Positions 1 to 8,966 of a DNA stretch of 39,722 nucleotides are shown one piece after another. A program made the position numbers and the translations under genes. The stretch is taken from the NCBI GenBank assembly GCA_018061565.1, contig JAGOTX010000001.1, positions 1 to 39,722 of the forward strand, in the 5' to 3' direction. The notes beneath the pieces were generated by a model. The model had not been told where the DNA came from. It saw only the letters and a program-made list of their open reading frames with translations, and searched no databases. This DNA is from Pseudomonadota bacterium (GTDB lineage: Bacteria > Pseudomonadota > Alphaproteobacteria > Paracaedibacterales > UBA11393). How positions within the stretch are numbered: position 1 is the first letter of the stretch; every line of letters begins with the position of its first letter.

Positions 1-93
1 TTCGATGTCTAACGGTAGCTGAAAATGCTTCATTTTGTGATGTATTTCTGTAGATTTTATTTTTTCTTAACAGAGTATAACCATTATTCACGT

Positions 94-1572
94 TCATTTC
101 CATACTCCAGGAAGTAGAAAAGAGCCGGTTTTTGTTGCAGATGTTCCTAAAAGGGATGACCCAGAAACGAGTCCAACAGCAAGCGTTCCACCCCCATTAC
201 CACCATTGCCCGATCCACTACCACCATTTCCACCAGAAAGACCAAAAGCAACAGATGGTGTTTTTCCTGGAAGAACATAAGGTGTATAACTACCACCATC
301 ACCACCATCAAGGGCACCAATGCCCCCAAATCCTCCACCGCCACCGCCTGTGCCATCATCTGGTATTCCTCCATTTGCACCAAAACCGCCACCTGTCCCT
401 GATAATTCTAAAGAAAGTCCGTTTTGACCAAAATCTCCACCTTTAATATCCGTAGAATTATTCAAAATATTACCAATTCCATCAACATTTGAAGGTATTA
501 AAAAACCACCACTTCCCGTACCACCATTTCCTGTTCCAGTAATATTATTACCTCCAGTTGACGCTCCTCCTCCTCCGAGCCCTCCAGAACAATCATTAAC
601 AATCGCATTTGATGTATCACCACCACCACCACCGCCAAAACCACCATTACCAGCATAGTTATTTACTCCATCTAGACCACCACCACCACCACCATGGCCA
701 CCATTACCACCGTTACTAGGTATCTTACTTAATCCACCTACTTGTAAACCAAAAGTTGCACCACCACCACCTTTAGTATTGATTCCAGCAACACCACCAT
801 GACCACCGTTACCGCCAATCAAATCAATTGTTTTGTTCACTCCAATTGTCATGGAAGTATTGCCTAAAAAAACCGTATCACTTTGTGCAATCAATGCATC
901 TTGGTTAATATTATTTATAATTTGTAAGCTATGAGGGTTAACAGAATTTAATTTTTCTGATTCAACACTAGAGCTTCCAACATAGGATAAGCCTTTAAAT
1001 ACAGACTGATTACCATCTTTTATAGAAGGTTCTGTATATCCAGGATTAGCAGCATCACTTCCTGGCGTATAAACATTACCCGCATTTAAAAGGGCATTAA
1101 CAACCGTTAAAGTAACACTTTCTGCAGCATTACCAGTTGTATACTCATTCGCAAAAACAGAACTTAGTTCACTTCCACTAACAATAGGGGTATAAGGAAT
1201 GTATGTTGTTTTCCAATTACTACCATAAATTCTTGGACCGATATTAATACCTGCGCCTGTTGATATATATATTCCCTCTGTCGTTGCGGATGCTTTGCCA
1301 TTTGAGTTATATTGTAAACCATAAAGGTAATTACCAATGTCTGCTTCGTAGTTTCCTGTTAATTCACCAAGGTATGGATTATTTATTTGATCATCTTCAA
1401 TATTTAAATAATCATTAGTTTGAATTGATGGATTTTTTCCATTCCAATTTCCACTTATTGGAGGACTAGGCTTTGTTATTACAGTTGGCAAAACAGTTGA
1501 ACATAATTCTTCCGTAAAAAATGCAAGTAATAAAACTGTTACAATTTGTTTTTTTGCAATTCTTTTTTTCAT
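94..1572 (-). CDS. Secreted glycine-rich repeat protein, function unknown (signal peptide, ~240-aa non-repetitive domain, ~250-aa Gly/Asn-rich C-terminal half)
   Basis: 492-aa ORF. The N-terminus MKKRIAKKQIVTVLLLAFF is Sec-signal-like. The C-terminal half is made of runs such as GGNGGHGG (twice), GNGGFGGGGGG and GGNGGSGSGNGGNGGG. It does not follow the RTX GGxGxD nonapeptide. Confidence 0.6.
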   Translation of the reverse strand: MKKRIAKKQIVTVLLLAFFTEELCSTVLPTVITKPSPPISGNWNGKNPSIQTNDYLNIEDDQINNPYLGELTGNYEADIGNYLYGLQYNSNGKASATTEGIYISTGAGINIGPRIYGSNWKTTYIPYTPIVSGSELSSVFANEYTTGNAAESVTLTVVNALLNAGNVYTPGSDAANPGYTEPSIKDGNQSVFKGLSYVGSSSVESEKLNSVNPHSLQIINNINQDALIAQSDTVFLGNTSMTIGVNKTIDLIGGNGGHGGVAGINTKGGGGATFGLQVGGLSKIPSNGGNGGHGGGGGGLDGVNNYAGNGGFGGGGGGDTSNAIVNDCSGGLGGGGASTGGNNITGTGNGGTGSGGFLIPSNVDGIGNILNNSTDIKGGDFGQNGLSLELSGTGGGFGANGGIPDDGTGGGGGGFGGIGALDGGDGGSYTPYVLPGKTPSVAFGLSGGNGGSGSGNGGNGGGTLAVGLVSGSSLLGTSATKTGSFLLPGVWK

Positions 1573-2256
1573 TTTTTAGAACTCCATAATTCATATATCG
1601 TAATCTTTAAAAGAAAAAGATCTACTCTCTATCTATTAATCCTTTCATTAAGCTTGCAACATATTTTTTTGAAAAACAATATAGGGCACCTTATAAAAAC
1701 TTATCTGAAGAATTTACTTATTTTCATTCCAAAACAATGAAAAATGATTTTTAGACACATTATTTTTAGGGACATATTTTATGGACGGTCATATCTGACA
1801 AGTTTACCTCCATGATGGTTTATTAATTATATAATAAGTTCATAATTTGTTAATCGTCCTCCTTCATTTTCTCATTTTTGAAGAATTTATTTAATCATTA
1901 ACAAATAGTTTCACATAGTTTGATTCGCTTTTTGCTTGTCGTAAGTCAAATAAAAATGTACTTCTTAGATCCTCCACTTTCAATAACAGGATTTCCTGAA
2001 TCCTAAAAAAATAAAAGTCCCCTACCCTATTCCAGGTTTAAAATTTATTTTTCTTTTCTAAAAAAATCAACAACATATGAGTTAATTTTAAAAACAGAAA
2101 AAGTCCCCTTCCCTTTCTTGCAAAAATACAATGTAATTAATCCTTTTTTTGCAGTCTAAACAATGATGTTCCTACAATCCCTATATTTGATTTTTATAAT
2201 TAACAAGATCTATATTTAACACGGAATTTGTTATATGCTCATCCAAAATATTCTTA

Positions 2257-2790
2257 CAACACACTTGCAATACACAAACAACACACGAAAAACACACAAG
2301 AGCAGAGAAAAATTGTAACACACATGTAATATATTCACAGCACAAAAATATTACAAACATCATAACAGAGTTATAGAAACTAAAAACGAAACATCACAGT
2401 AACACATTTGCAATACTCAAACAACACAAAAGTGCTACACAACAACAAAAGTTGTAATATATATGTAATACACTTATAGCACAAAAACATTACAACCATC
2501 ATAAAAAAATCAAATACTACACATAACTAAAAATGAACCATTTTTATAATAAGCCTGTAATACAAGCACAACACATACGTATTGCACAAAAAACACGGAA
2601 GATTTGTAATGCACATGTAACACTTCTATAACACAAAGATGTTACAATTATCATAAAAAAGTCAAATACGATAAGCAACTAAAAATGAAACACTTTTACA
2701 ACACATCTGTAACACAAACTCAACACATGCGTATTGTACAAAAACACGGAAGATTTGTAATGCATATGCTACACTTCTATAACACAAGAC
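2257..2790. repeat. Tandem array of ~148-bp units (about 3.6 copies), each holding several TGTAAY/TGCTAC heptad sites; putative partition centromere and/or iteron array
   Basis: Units start near 2257, 2402, 2555 and 2701, and the last two are roughly 90 percent identical by eye. The conserved core is TTGTAAYRYAYATGTAAYA: two direct TGTAAY sites 11 bp apart, plus an inverted copy (ATTACAA/GTTACAA) about 25 bp downstream. The array lies directly upstream of parA. Confidence 0.75.
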
Positions 2791-2799
2791 AAAAACAAA

Positions 2800-3012
2800 C
2801 ACTATAAGACTATTGAACCATTTATAAAAATCCATTATACACAGCTTCCAAAAATTCGTTACATATTTTTATAACTCCATAAAAAAGGAACACATAAGAA
2901 AGAACAAAGGATAGCTCTATTGAAATACAGATGTGCTACAAAACAAACAGAAATCTAGCACAAATGTATTACATACATATTTTAAAAATATTATTTATAT
3001 GCTACATTAAAC
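2800..3012 (+). promoter_or_regulatory. parA promoter/operator region with further copies of the heptad motif
   Basis: CGTTACATA, ATGTGCTACAAAA, AAATGTATTACATACA and TATATGCTACATTA continue up to the parA RBS (AGAAAGAGAGG, about 8 nt before the ATG at 3031). No unambiguous -35/-10 pair was identified. Confidence 0.4.
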
Positions 3013-3030
3013 TAGAAAGAGAGGTTTTTT

Positions 3031-3804
3031 ATGAAAAATGCAAAAAAAATTGTCGTTATTAATCAAAAAGGGGGGGTCGGAAAATCTACTGTTTCGGTTA
3101 ACCTTTCATATGGTCTAGCAAAGAAAAATATCAATACACTTCTTGTCGATTTGGATCCTCAAGCGCACAGTAGTTGCATATACAAGAAAGAAATTTTAAA
3201 AGAACAGACGGTCTCTAATCTTTTTCTAGACAGATCATTCGACATTAAAAACATCATTTTTCCAGCCGAAGTAAACGGCAAACATGAAGAACGTTTATCT
3301 ATCGCACCTTCTAGCATTCATTTAGCCCTTGTTGCAGAACAAATTATTGGATCAACGTACAGAGAACTCATACTTCATAAACACTTTGAAAAAGTGGTAG
3401 ATAATTATGACTACATAATTATTGATTGCCCACCTACACTTGGAGTTATAACTGTTAACGCTATTTACACAGCAGATTTAATTATCATTCCAACAAATTA
3501 TGGAAGATATTCTCTGGATGGTATTGCAGACCTTTTTAACTCTATAAAAGAAATAAAGGAAGGTCACAGCTATGGATTTAAAATACTAAGAAATCTGTAT
3601 GAAAAAAGAAGTAGCCAAACGAACAACTATATAGAAGGGCAACTCAAATCCTTATCTGATAGGATGTTCAAAACAATAATCAAGAAAAGTGAATCAATCA
3701 ACCAATCACAAATTAATGGAACACCAGTCCAAGCTTTCAACCAAAACAGCAGTGGAGCAAAAGATTTTTCACAATTAGTAGAGGAGTTTTTAATAAATGT
3801 CTAA
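3031..3804 (+). CDS. parA: ParA-family partition ATPase (small, type Ib-like, no N-terminal HTH)
   Basis: 257 aa. It has the deviant Walker A KGGVGKST near the N-terminus, the DLDPQ motif, and the IIIDCPP Walker B-like motif. Confidence 0.9.
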   Translation: MKNAKKIVVINQKGGVGKSTVSVNLSYGLAKKNINTLLVDLDPQAHSSCIYKKEILKEQTVSNLFLDRSFDIKNIIFPAEVNGKHEERLSIAPSSIHLALVAEQIIGSTYRELILHKHFEKVVDNYDYIIIDCPPTLGVITVNAIYTADLIIIPTNYGRYSLDGIADLFNSIKEIKEGHSYGFKILRNLYEKRSSQTNNYIEGQLKSLSDRMFKTIIKKSESINQSQINGTPVQAFNQNSSGAKDFSQLVEEFLINV

Positions 3805-4093
3805 GCTAAACCCAGACACAAGCAACAAATTTTCTACTGTTGAAACACCCGTTTTAAAACAAACTACAACAAAGATACCAGATAAAATAATATCTAAAAA
3901 AATATCACGAACAAGCTCGTTCTCACTCAGAAAAAAAGATAAAGAAAGACTATTTGATATTCTTGAAAAAGTTAATAACATGACAGAAAAAAAAGTAACT
4001 TCTACAGATGTACTAAGAGGGCTTTTAATATCAGGAATAAACATGAGCAACGAAGATTTATTATCCTGTGTGCAAAAAAGCTTTATGGAATAA
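3797..4093 (+). CDS. Putative ParG-like centromere-binding protein (disordered N-terminal tail plus C-terminal ribbon-helix-helix)
   Basis: 98 aa. Its start overlaps the parA stop by 8 nt. The C-terminal part SFSLRKKDKERLFDILEKVNN...TSTDVLRGLLISG fits a strand-helix-helix pattern. Position and size fit type Ib ParB/ParG partners. Confidence 0.5.
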   Translation: MSKLNPDTSNKFSTVETPVLKQTTTKIPDKIISKKISRTSSFSLRKKDKERLFDILEKVNNMTEKKVTSTDVLRGLLISGINMSNEDLLSCVQKSFME

Positions 4094-4168
4094 AACATAT
4101 TCCAACCTTTTAAAAAAAATATTATTTTTTCTGTTTACATAGCATATAAAAAATAATATATTGTAACT

Positions 4169-4375
4169 ATGGAGAAAAAAATGCATAGCAAAACTCACAA
4201 ACAAGTAACATCAGATGGAAAAGTTAAAGCTTCAGTAAACATAGATCCAGAAGTTTTAAATGCCATAGATTTAGATAGAAAAAAGAATGGTCTCACAAGA
4301 TCTGGTTGGATAACCGTGGCTTGCTTGCATTTTCTAAAAAGAAGCGAAGGAGAACAAAAAGTGGAATCAAAATAA
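4169..4375 (+). CDS. Ribbon-helix-helix (CopG/Arc/MetJ-like) DNA-binding protein, possible rep/copy-number repressor
   Basis: 68 aa. VKASVNIDPEVLNAIDLDRKKNGLTRSGWITVACLHFLKR matches the RHH strand-helix-helix pattern. An RBS-like ATGGAG lies just upstream. The gene sits immediately upstream of the rep-like gene. Confidence 0.6.
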   Translation: MEKKMHSKTHKQVTSDGKVKASVNIDPEVLNAIDLDRKKNGLTRSGWITVACLHFLKRSEGEQKVESK

Positions 4376-4379
4376 AAAA

Positions 4380-4401
4380 GGGTTACATAAAAATGTAACC
4401 C
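4380..4401. promoter_or_regulatory. Perfect palindrome GGGTTACAT-AAAA-ATGTAACCC (9-bp arms); operator candidate or U-tract-less terminator
   Basis: It lies 5 nt after the RHH gene stop. It contains the same GTTACA/TGTAAC core as the upstream heptad array. No T-run follows it on the + strand. Confidence 0.45.
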
Positions 4402-4508
4402 TCATCAATCTAAACTTCGTGAATAAACACAAAGACATGATCTAATCTACAATTACATTTTGTCTTATATTTTTATTTTTGTCAACATTTATTAGAAAAA
4501 TGTAAAAT

Positions 4509-5624
4509 ATGCGAACATATAAACTTATTGAGAATAATATAGTTCTCATCAATCAACCAAAACTCATAAAAGAGTTTGGGCGCTCTACGGCCCAATTCAT
4601 CTGCCATCTTCATTATTGGTTGGAAAAAGGTCAGGGAATTTTAAAAAATGATATCCGCTGGATTTATAACACCGCCAAAGAGTGGGGAGAACAAATCTGT
4701 TTAAGCAGTCGCCAAGTTGAGAGAATCATTTCAAAACTTCACAATCTTAATATTATAAAAGTTCAACATTTTGGAAAAACCAACAGAGTTAATTATATAA
4801 CTCTTAATTATGAAGGTTTAAACGCTCTTGTTAACGCATCTTATTTGGACAAAATGTCGGAGTCAGACCGACAAAATGTCGGAATGCATAATAAGAAAAC
4901 AAAGATTACAAACAAAGAAATTAATAAATCTGAGGAAAGGGGAGGGGCACTTCAAATTCTTCAAACAACGAATAATAAAAATTCTTCAAAACAAGTCGAA
5001 CAAGTCAAAAAAAATGATTTTAAAATTGAAAAAATTGATAGTAATTCTTCTGAACAACCCCAAAAAAATAATCTTCAAAATTCTAATAAACCTTTTAAAG
5101 CGAACACAGCCAAGGAAATGGTTGATCTATGGAATGATTATTTTCCAAAGTCAAAAACAGATCTTACGAAGGATTTAAGTAAAAATTTGGTGGCAGCTTT
5201 TAAACTTAAATTCAATTCTGATATGAATTTGTGGAAGCATTACTTAAAACGTATTGAATCAAGTTCCTATTTGACGGGAGAATCTTTCCAACTATCACTG
5301 TACTGGGCTTTAAAGTTTTTGACAATTGATAGGATAGGGAAGGGGGACTTTGGTGTAAAAGAGGTTGTTATTCCTCAAAAAACTGAAGATTTAAAAGCAA
5401 AAGTAGAAGCTCATATAAATTCTCTCAACGAATCCGATCGTTTAAAAGATGTTCGCTTTAAAATAGCAAAAGTAATAGGTGAGCAATCATATCTTTCTTG
5501 GTTTACACAAGTATCTTTCTTTGAAGATGATAAAGGTTTTCATCTTAAAGCCAATAAACCTTTTGTGTTAGATTATGTTCAAAACGTTTATGGATATTTG
5601 TTTAAAAATTCCCTTTCATCATAA
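4509..5624 (+). CDS. Putative plasmid replication initiator (N-terminal winged-helix-like region, low-complexity linker, C-terminal DnaA domain-I-like segment)
   Basis: 371 aa. LSSRQVERIISKLHNLNIIKV is HTH-like. The C-terminus SYLSWFTQVSFFEDDKGFHLKANKPFVLDYVQNVYGYLF resembles the DnaA N-terminal domain pattern (W..l....l.l..PN.F....i...Y). It follows the par and RHH genes. Confidence 0.5.
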   Translation: MRTYKLIENNIVLINQPKLIKEFGRSTAQFICHLHYWLEKGQGILKNDIRWIYNTAKEWGEQICLSSRQVERIISKLHNLNIIKVQHFGKTNRVNYITLNYEGLNALVNASYLDKMSESDRQNVGMHNKKTKITNKEINKSEERGGALQILQTTNNKNSSKQVEQVKKNDFKIEKIDSNSSEQPQKNNLQNSNKPFKANTAKEMVDLWNDYFPKSKTDLTKDLSKNLVAAFKLKFNSDMNLWKHYLKRIESSSYLTGESFQLSLYWALKFLTIDRIGKGDFGVKEVVIPQKTEDLKAKVEAHINSLNESDRLKDVRFKIAKVIGEQSYLSWFTQVSFFEDDKGFHLKANKPFVLDYVQNVYGYLFKNSLSS

Positions 5625-7855
5625 ATATCGTATGATAAATCTTCTAAAGATTCATTTGTAAAAGTTTTTTTAAATGTTTTTGTTAAATCTTTTGATAGAG
5701 CATTTTGTTTTGTTTTTTGCGTTGTATAAATGAGTCTAATAAGATTTCTTTTTCTTAAAATAGATTTATCCTGTACTTTAAGATGTTGTAAAATAGATAA
5801 ACCTTTCATATAACTTTTTTGGGCCATATCATATGATTTCTTTAATAAATTACAATCTCCATGAATCATATTAGAATAAGCTTGATCAATTGTTTTTTGA
5901 TCACTTCCATAAAATTCTTTATAGACACTAAGTGCTTTTTCTATAGATTGAAGACTACATTTATAGTCTAAGAGTTTAAGACTTGATTCAGCTTTATAAG
6001 TAAGAGCCTCTCCTAGTGTGTCGGATGGATTTCCTCCAAAATATTCCATACATTTTTCAACTGAAAGAGAGGATAATTCCAATCCTTTTTTATAATCTTT
6101 TATACGAATGTAAGCGAGAGCATTAAAATTATAGGTGTAAAATTTAATAGCAGTATCTGGGACATCTTTAAAATAGATAATTGCTTTTTCTGCAAAATAA
6201 ATAGCCTTTTTATAATCTTCTAAATCACAATATATCCATGTTGCAAAATAATAGGTAGGAATAATATTTTCAGAGCGAGAAAAATATTCAATATCTCTTA
6301 AAGATAAATTTATGTATTTTTTAGCTTCTTCAGCATTTAAAGAAAGGAGATAGTTTTGAGCTATCGAGTTTTGAAGACGAACACGCTCAAACTTTTCAGA
6401 GTTATCAAGAACACTTAATAGATGTATCATCTTTTTTAAAACATCTTTCGTTCTTTTTTCATTTGGTTGTCTAATTGATAAAACATCACCTGCTGAGGAG
6501 AAAAATCGACATTTTATACCTATATTTGTGATATTTTGTATGTTTTTAAATATTTTATCGATATATTTTAATGCACCTAAATGATCTCTTTTTATATAAA
6601 GGAGATAATCCAGCAGATAAATACAAATTGCCGTCGATTCTTTTATACTCTGGTTTAATAGTCCACAAAGCTTAGTGCATTTAAAGGCTGTTTCAATAAT
6701 AAATGGATTATTTTTTGAAAAAACGATCATATTATCTTTGTTTTCTTGAATGGTTTTTTGAATATCTGATGTGATATTTTTTAAAGCTTCATAGATTTTA
6801 TGGCTTGGTAATTCAATAAGTAAAGCATCTTGTAATAACTCATGGATAAAAAATTCACTCTTATCTACATCAAGATAAATAAAATGGTTGTTTATTAAAA
6901 ATGAAAGGATATCTTCAGTTTCTTCTTTTTGTAAATTCATGAGAGATGCAATTTTAAAGATATAAGATTTGTTTATTTGTTGATTTTTTAAAAGGCAAAA
7001 TATAGAAAGGATTTGAACAGAGGATGGTTTTTTCATAATCATTTTATTTAATGATATTCTAAGGGTTGAACGAACAGATACCTGCTGGTTTTTGTGATAA
7101 AAATCTTCTTCCCTTTGCCAAATTTGTTTTAAATTTTTTTTGTAGCGTTTCATATATTCTTTTATGTCAACAGCAGAATTCTGTTGTAAGAAATAGGCAG
7201 ATTGATTTATTAAAAGGGGATAATAATCAAGTGTTTTTGCTAGATCGTTAAGAACTTCTTCTCTCTCGTTTTGTAATATGCTTTTTAGAAAAGATACCGC
7301 CTCATTTTTTTCAAAAAAACTTACTGTAATTTGAGATTGTTTATGTGGATTTTCTCTTGTTGTAATGAGAAATTTTATGTTTTTTCTTTTTCTTGTGACA
7401 TTAAAGTTCTCATTTTTATTTTCATCTGAATCAATAATTAAAAGAGCTGTCATTTTTTCTTTTTTTAATATTTTATCAAGGTTGTTTATTGAGGAATCAG
7501 TATTGTTTGATTCTATAGTATTTATTTTTTTTATTTTACATATTTTTTTTTGAATATCTTCTATTTGTTGGTGTATGTCTTTTTGTGCATCAATTAACCA
7601 CACTATGTTGTAGGTTTTTTTGTTTTTTTGTCCATATTGTATTGCTATTTGGCTTTTTCCCATTCCACCAAATCCAGTCAGATAAACATATCCAAAACGA
7701 TCTATTTTTTCTTTGATGTTATTATTAAATCTTTTTCTTTCAATTTGATCATCATTATATCCATCACAGTTGGACAATTCAGAGCATATTAATATGTTAA
7801 CGAGAAAAAAGTAGAATATTAGAATCATCGAAAGTTTCTTCCTGAGTATTTTCAT
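5588..7855 (-). CDS. STAND NTPase: N-terminal membrane anchor/signal-like segment, NB-ARC domain, C-terminal TPR repeats
   Basis: 755 aa. NB-ARC landmarks: P-loop GFGGMGKSQIA, Walker B LLIIDSD, FLITTRE (RNBS-B-like) and LDYYPLLINQSAYFL (GLPL-like). The C-terminal ~350 aa contain repeated A..Y/F...A TPR-like 34-mers (e.g. YKKAIYFAEKAIIYF, YKKGLELSSLSVEKC, YDMAQKSYMKGLSIL). The N-terminus is hydrophobic: LSMILIFYFFLVNILICS. Confidence 0.75.
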   Translation of the reverse strand: MKILRKKLSMILIFYFFLVNILICSELSNCDGYNDDQIERKRFNNNIKEKIDRFGYVYLTGFGGMGKSQIAIQYGQKNKKTYNIVWLIDAQKDIHQQIEDIQKKICKIKKINTIESNNTDSSINNLDKILKKEKMTALLIIDSDENKNENFNVTRKRKNIKFLITTRENPHKQSQITVSFFEKNEAVSFLKSILQNEREEVLNDLAKTLDYYPLLINQSAYFLQQNSAVDIKEYMKRYKKNLKQIWQREEDFYHKNQQVSVRSTLRISLNKMIMKKPSSVQILSIFCLLKNQQINKSYIFKIASLMNLQKEETEDILSFLINNHFIYLDVDKSEFFIHELLQDALLIELPSHKIYEALKNITSDIQKTIQENKDNMIVFSKNNPFIIETAFKCTKLCGLLNQSIKESTAICIYLLDYLLYIKRDHLGALKYIDKIFKNIQNITNIGIKCRFFSSAGDVLSIRQPNEKRTKDVLKKMIHLLSVLDNSEKFERVRLQNSIAQNYLLSLNAEEAKKYINLSLRDIEYFSRSENIIPTYYFATWIYCDLEDYKKAIYFAEKAIIYFKDVPDTAIKFYTYNFNALAYIRIKDYKKGLELSSLSVEKCMEYFGGNPSDTLGEALTYKAESSLKLLDYKCSLQSIEKALSVYKEFYGSDQKTIDQAYSNMIHGDCNLLKKSYDMAQKSYMKGLSILQHLKVQDKSILRKRNLIRLIYTTQKTKQNALSKDLTKTFKKTFTNESLEDLSYDIYDEREFLNKYP

Positions 7856-8966
7856 GAGGGATAGCTATTGTTAAAGTGTTACCATTTTTTTCATTAAACC
7901 CAATCTTTATATAGATGTTCATTTCATTTGACAGCTTTTCAATATTAATTTTTTCATTAATATCGTTTTTTATTTCAATAGGATAATTATCGTAAAAAGT
8001 GATTTCATCAAAAGCAATGTTATTGCTTACAATTTTTTTAAATCTTATTGTTATATTTGTTTTTGGTGGTTTTTTTGCAATGATGCTTTCTGTCACACAA
8101 AGCAGTAACTGATACCATTTTATGATGCTGCCATTTATAGTGTATTTTTCGTTGAAATCTAAACATATTAATGAAATTGATTTTTCTTCTGTTATATTTT
8201 TAAGTGATAATGTTATGTTTTGAATAATTATGTTGAGTTTTTCTTTGTTTTTATCCGTAGACATAATCATGGACTGTGTAATCTTTGTTGATTGATAAAG
8301 TGTTTCAATTTGATAAATCAGTTTTTTTTCTGACTCTATTTTTTTATGAAGATCTTTGTTTTTTCTATTATTTTCCGTTATTATTGAATAAAGTAAAAAT
8401 AAAAACAAAACAATAAAATATAAAAAAATCTTATAATAAAATTCGTCTGTTTTTAAAAATATACTATTCTTTATGGTTTCAATATCAATTATTCCCTCTT
8501 TAATAAGTATTTTAATGTCTTTTTCATAATAGGAGTGTATAAAAAAATCACTAAAAAGAACTGTCATTGAAATTTTAACAAATTGATTTTTGATATTTTT
8601 ATCAATATATGAAATATCAATAATTGGTTCATTATATATTTCTTTTCTATAGTATGGTTCTGATAGAAGAATAGAACGCATTTGATTTTTTAAAGTATCT
8701 AAAATTTCATATTTGATATTGTTAAAGTTAATAATATTATTTGAAGATAGGTATAAGTTTTTATTTTCCAATAAAGAACAAACTTCCTCACCTTTTTCTA
8801 AAATGAGTTGAAACACTTTAATATAATCATTTTTTCTTGAGGATATAGAATTCTCTATATCAACTGCAATATTTCTAATTTTAATAAAATTGTATGTTTT
8901 GTGAGATGAAAAGAGAAGGAATATTAAAAGAAACAATATAACATGTGTCCTTTTGATCCTTTTCAT
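7797..8966 (-). CDS. Two-TM sensor-like membrane protein with a possible degenerate GHKL/HATPase-like C-terminal domain
   Basis: 389 aa. TM1 is HVILFLLIFLLFS, followed by a ~160-aa extracytoplasmic region, TM2 FLYFIVLFLFLLYSII and a coiled-coil segment. C-terminal pieces loosely resemble kinase N/G boxes (WYQLLLCVTESIIAKKPPKTNITIRF; ITFYDNYPIEIKND; GNTLTIAIPHE). I see no canonical H-box. Confidence 0.35.
   Translation of the reverse strand: MKRIKRTHVILFLLIFLLFSSHKTYNFIKIRNIAVDIENSISSRKNDYIKVFQLILEKGEEVCSLLENKNLYLSSNNIINFNNIKYEILDTLKNQMRSILLSEPYYRKEIYNEPIIDISYIDKNIKNQFVKISMTVLFSDFFIHSYYEKDIKILIKEGIIDIETIKNSIFLKTDEFYYKIFLYFIVLFLFLLYSIITENNRKNKDLHKKIESEKKLIYQIETLYQSTKITQSMIMSTDKNKEKLNIIIQNITLSLKNITEEKSISLICLDFNEKYTINGSIIKWYQLLLCVTESIIAKKPPKTNITIRFKKIVSNNIAFDEITFYDNYPIEIKNDINEKINIEKLSNEMNIYIKIGFNEKNGNTLTIAIPHENTQEETFDDSNILLFSR

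Noticed and set aside
132-446. His-rich + strand ORF (104 aa), and the 81-aa minus-strand ORF at 147..392
   Set aside because: Both lie entirely within the 492-aa glycine-rich gene. The His/Pro/Val/Met runs are what GGT/GGA-rich Gly repeats produce in the antisense or shifted frames. Neither has an RBS or protein-like composition.
1988-2004. Short hairpin AGGATT-TCCTG-AATCCT followed by an A-run
   Set aside because: The 6-bp stem is weak. The orientation is wrong for terminating the only nearby gene (94..1572, minus strand, which ends on the far side).
2181-2363. 60-aa minus-strand ORF (Cys/Val-rich) in the parA upstream region
   Set aside because: It lies inside the TGTAAY/ACACA repeat array. 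Its Cys/Val/Gln composition is a translation artefact of TGT/GTG/CAA repeats, and there is no RBS.
4828-5178. 116-aa Lys-rich ORF in an alternative frame inside the rep-like gene
   Set aside because: It is nested in the low-complexity A-rich linker of the 371-aa ORF. The composition is typical of an off-frame reading of AAA/AAT-rich DNA.
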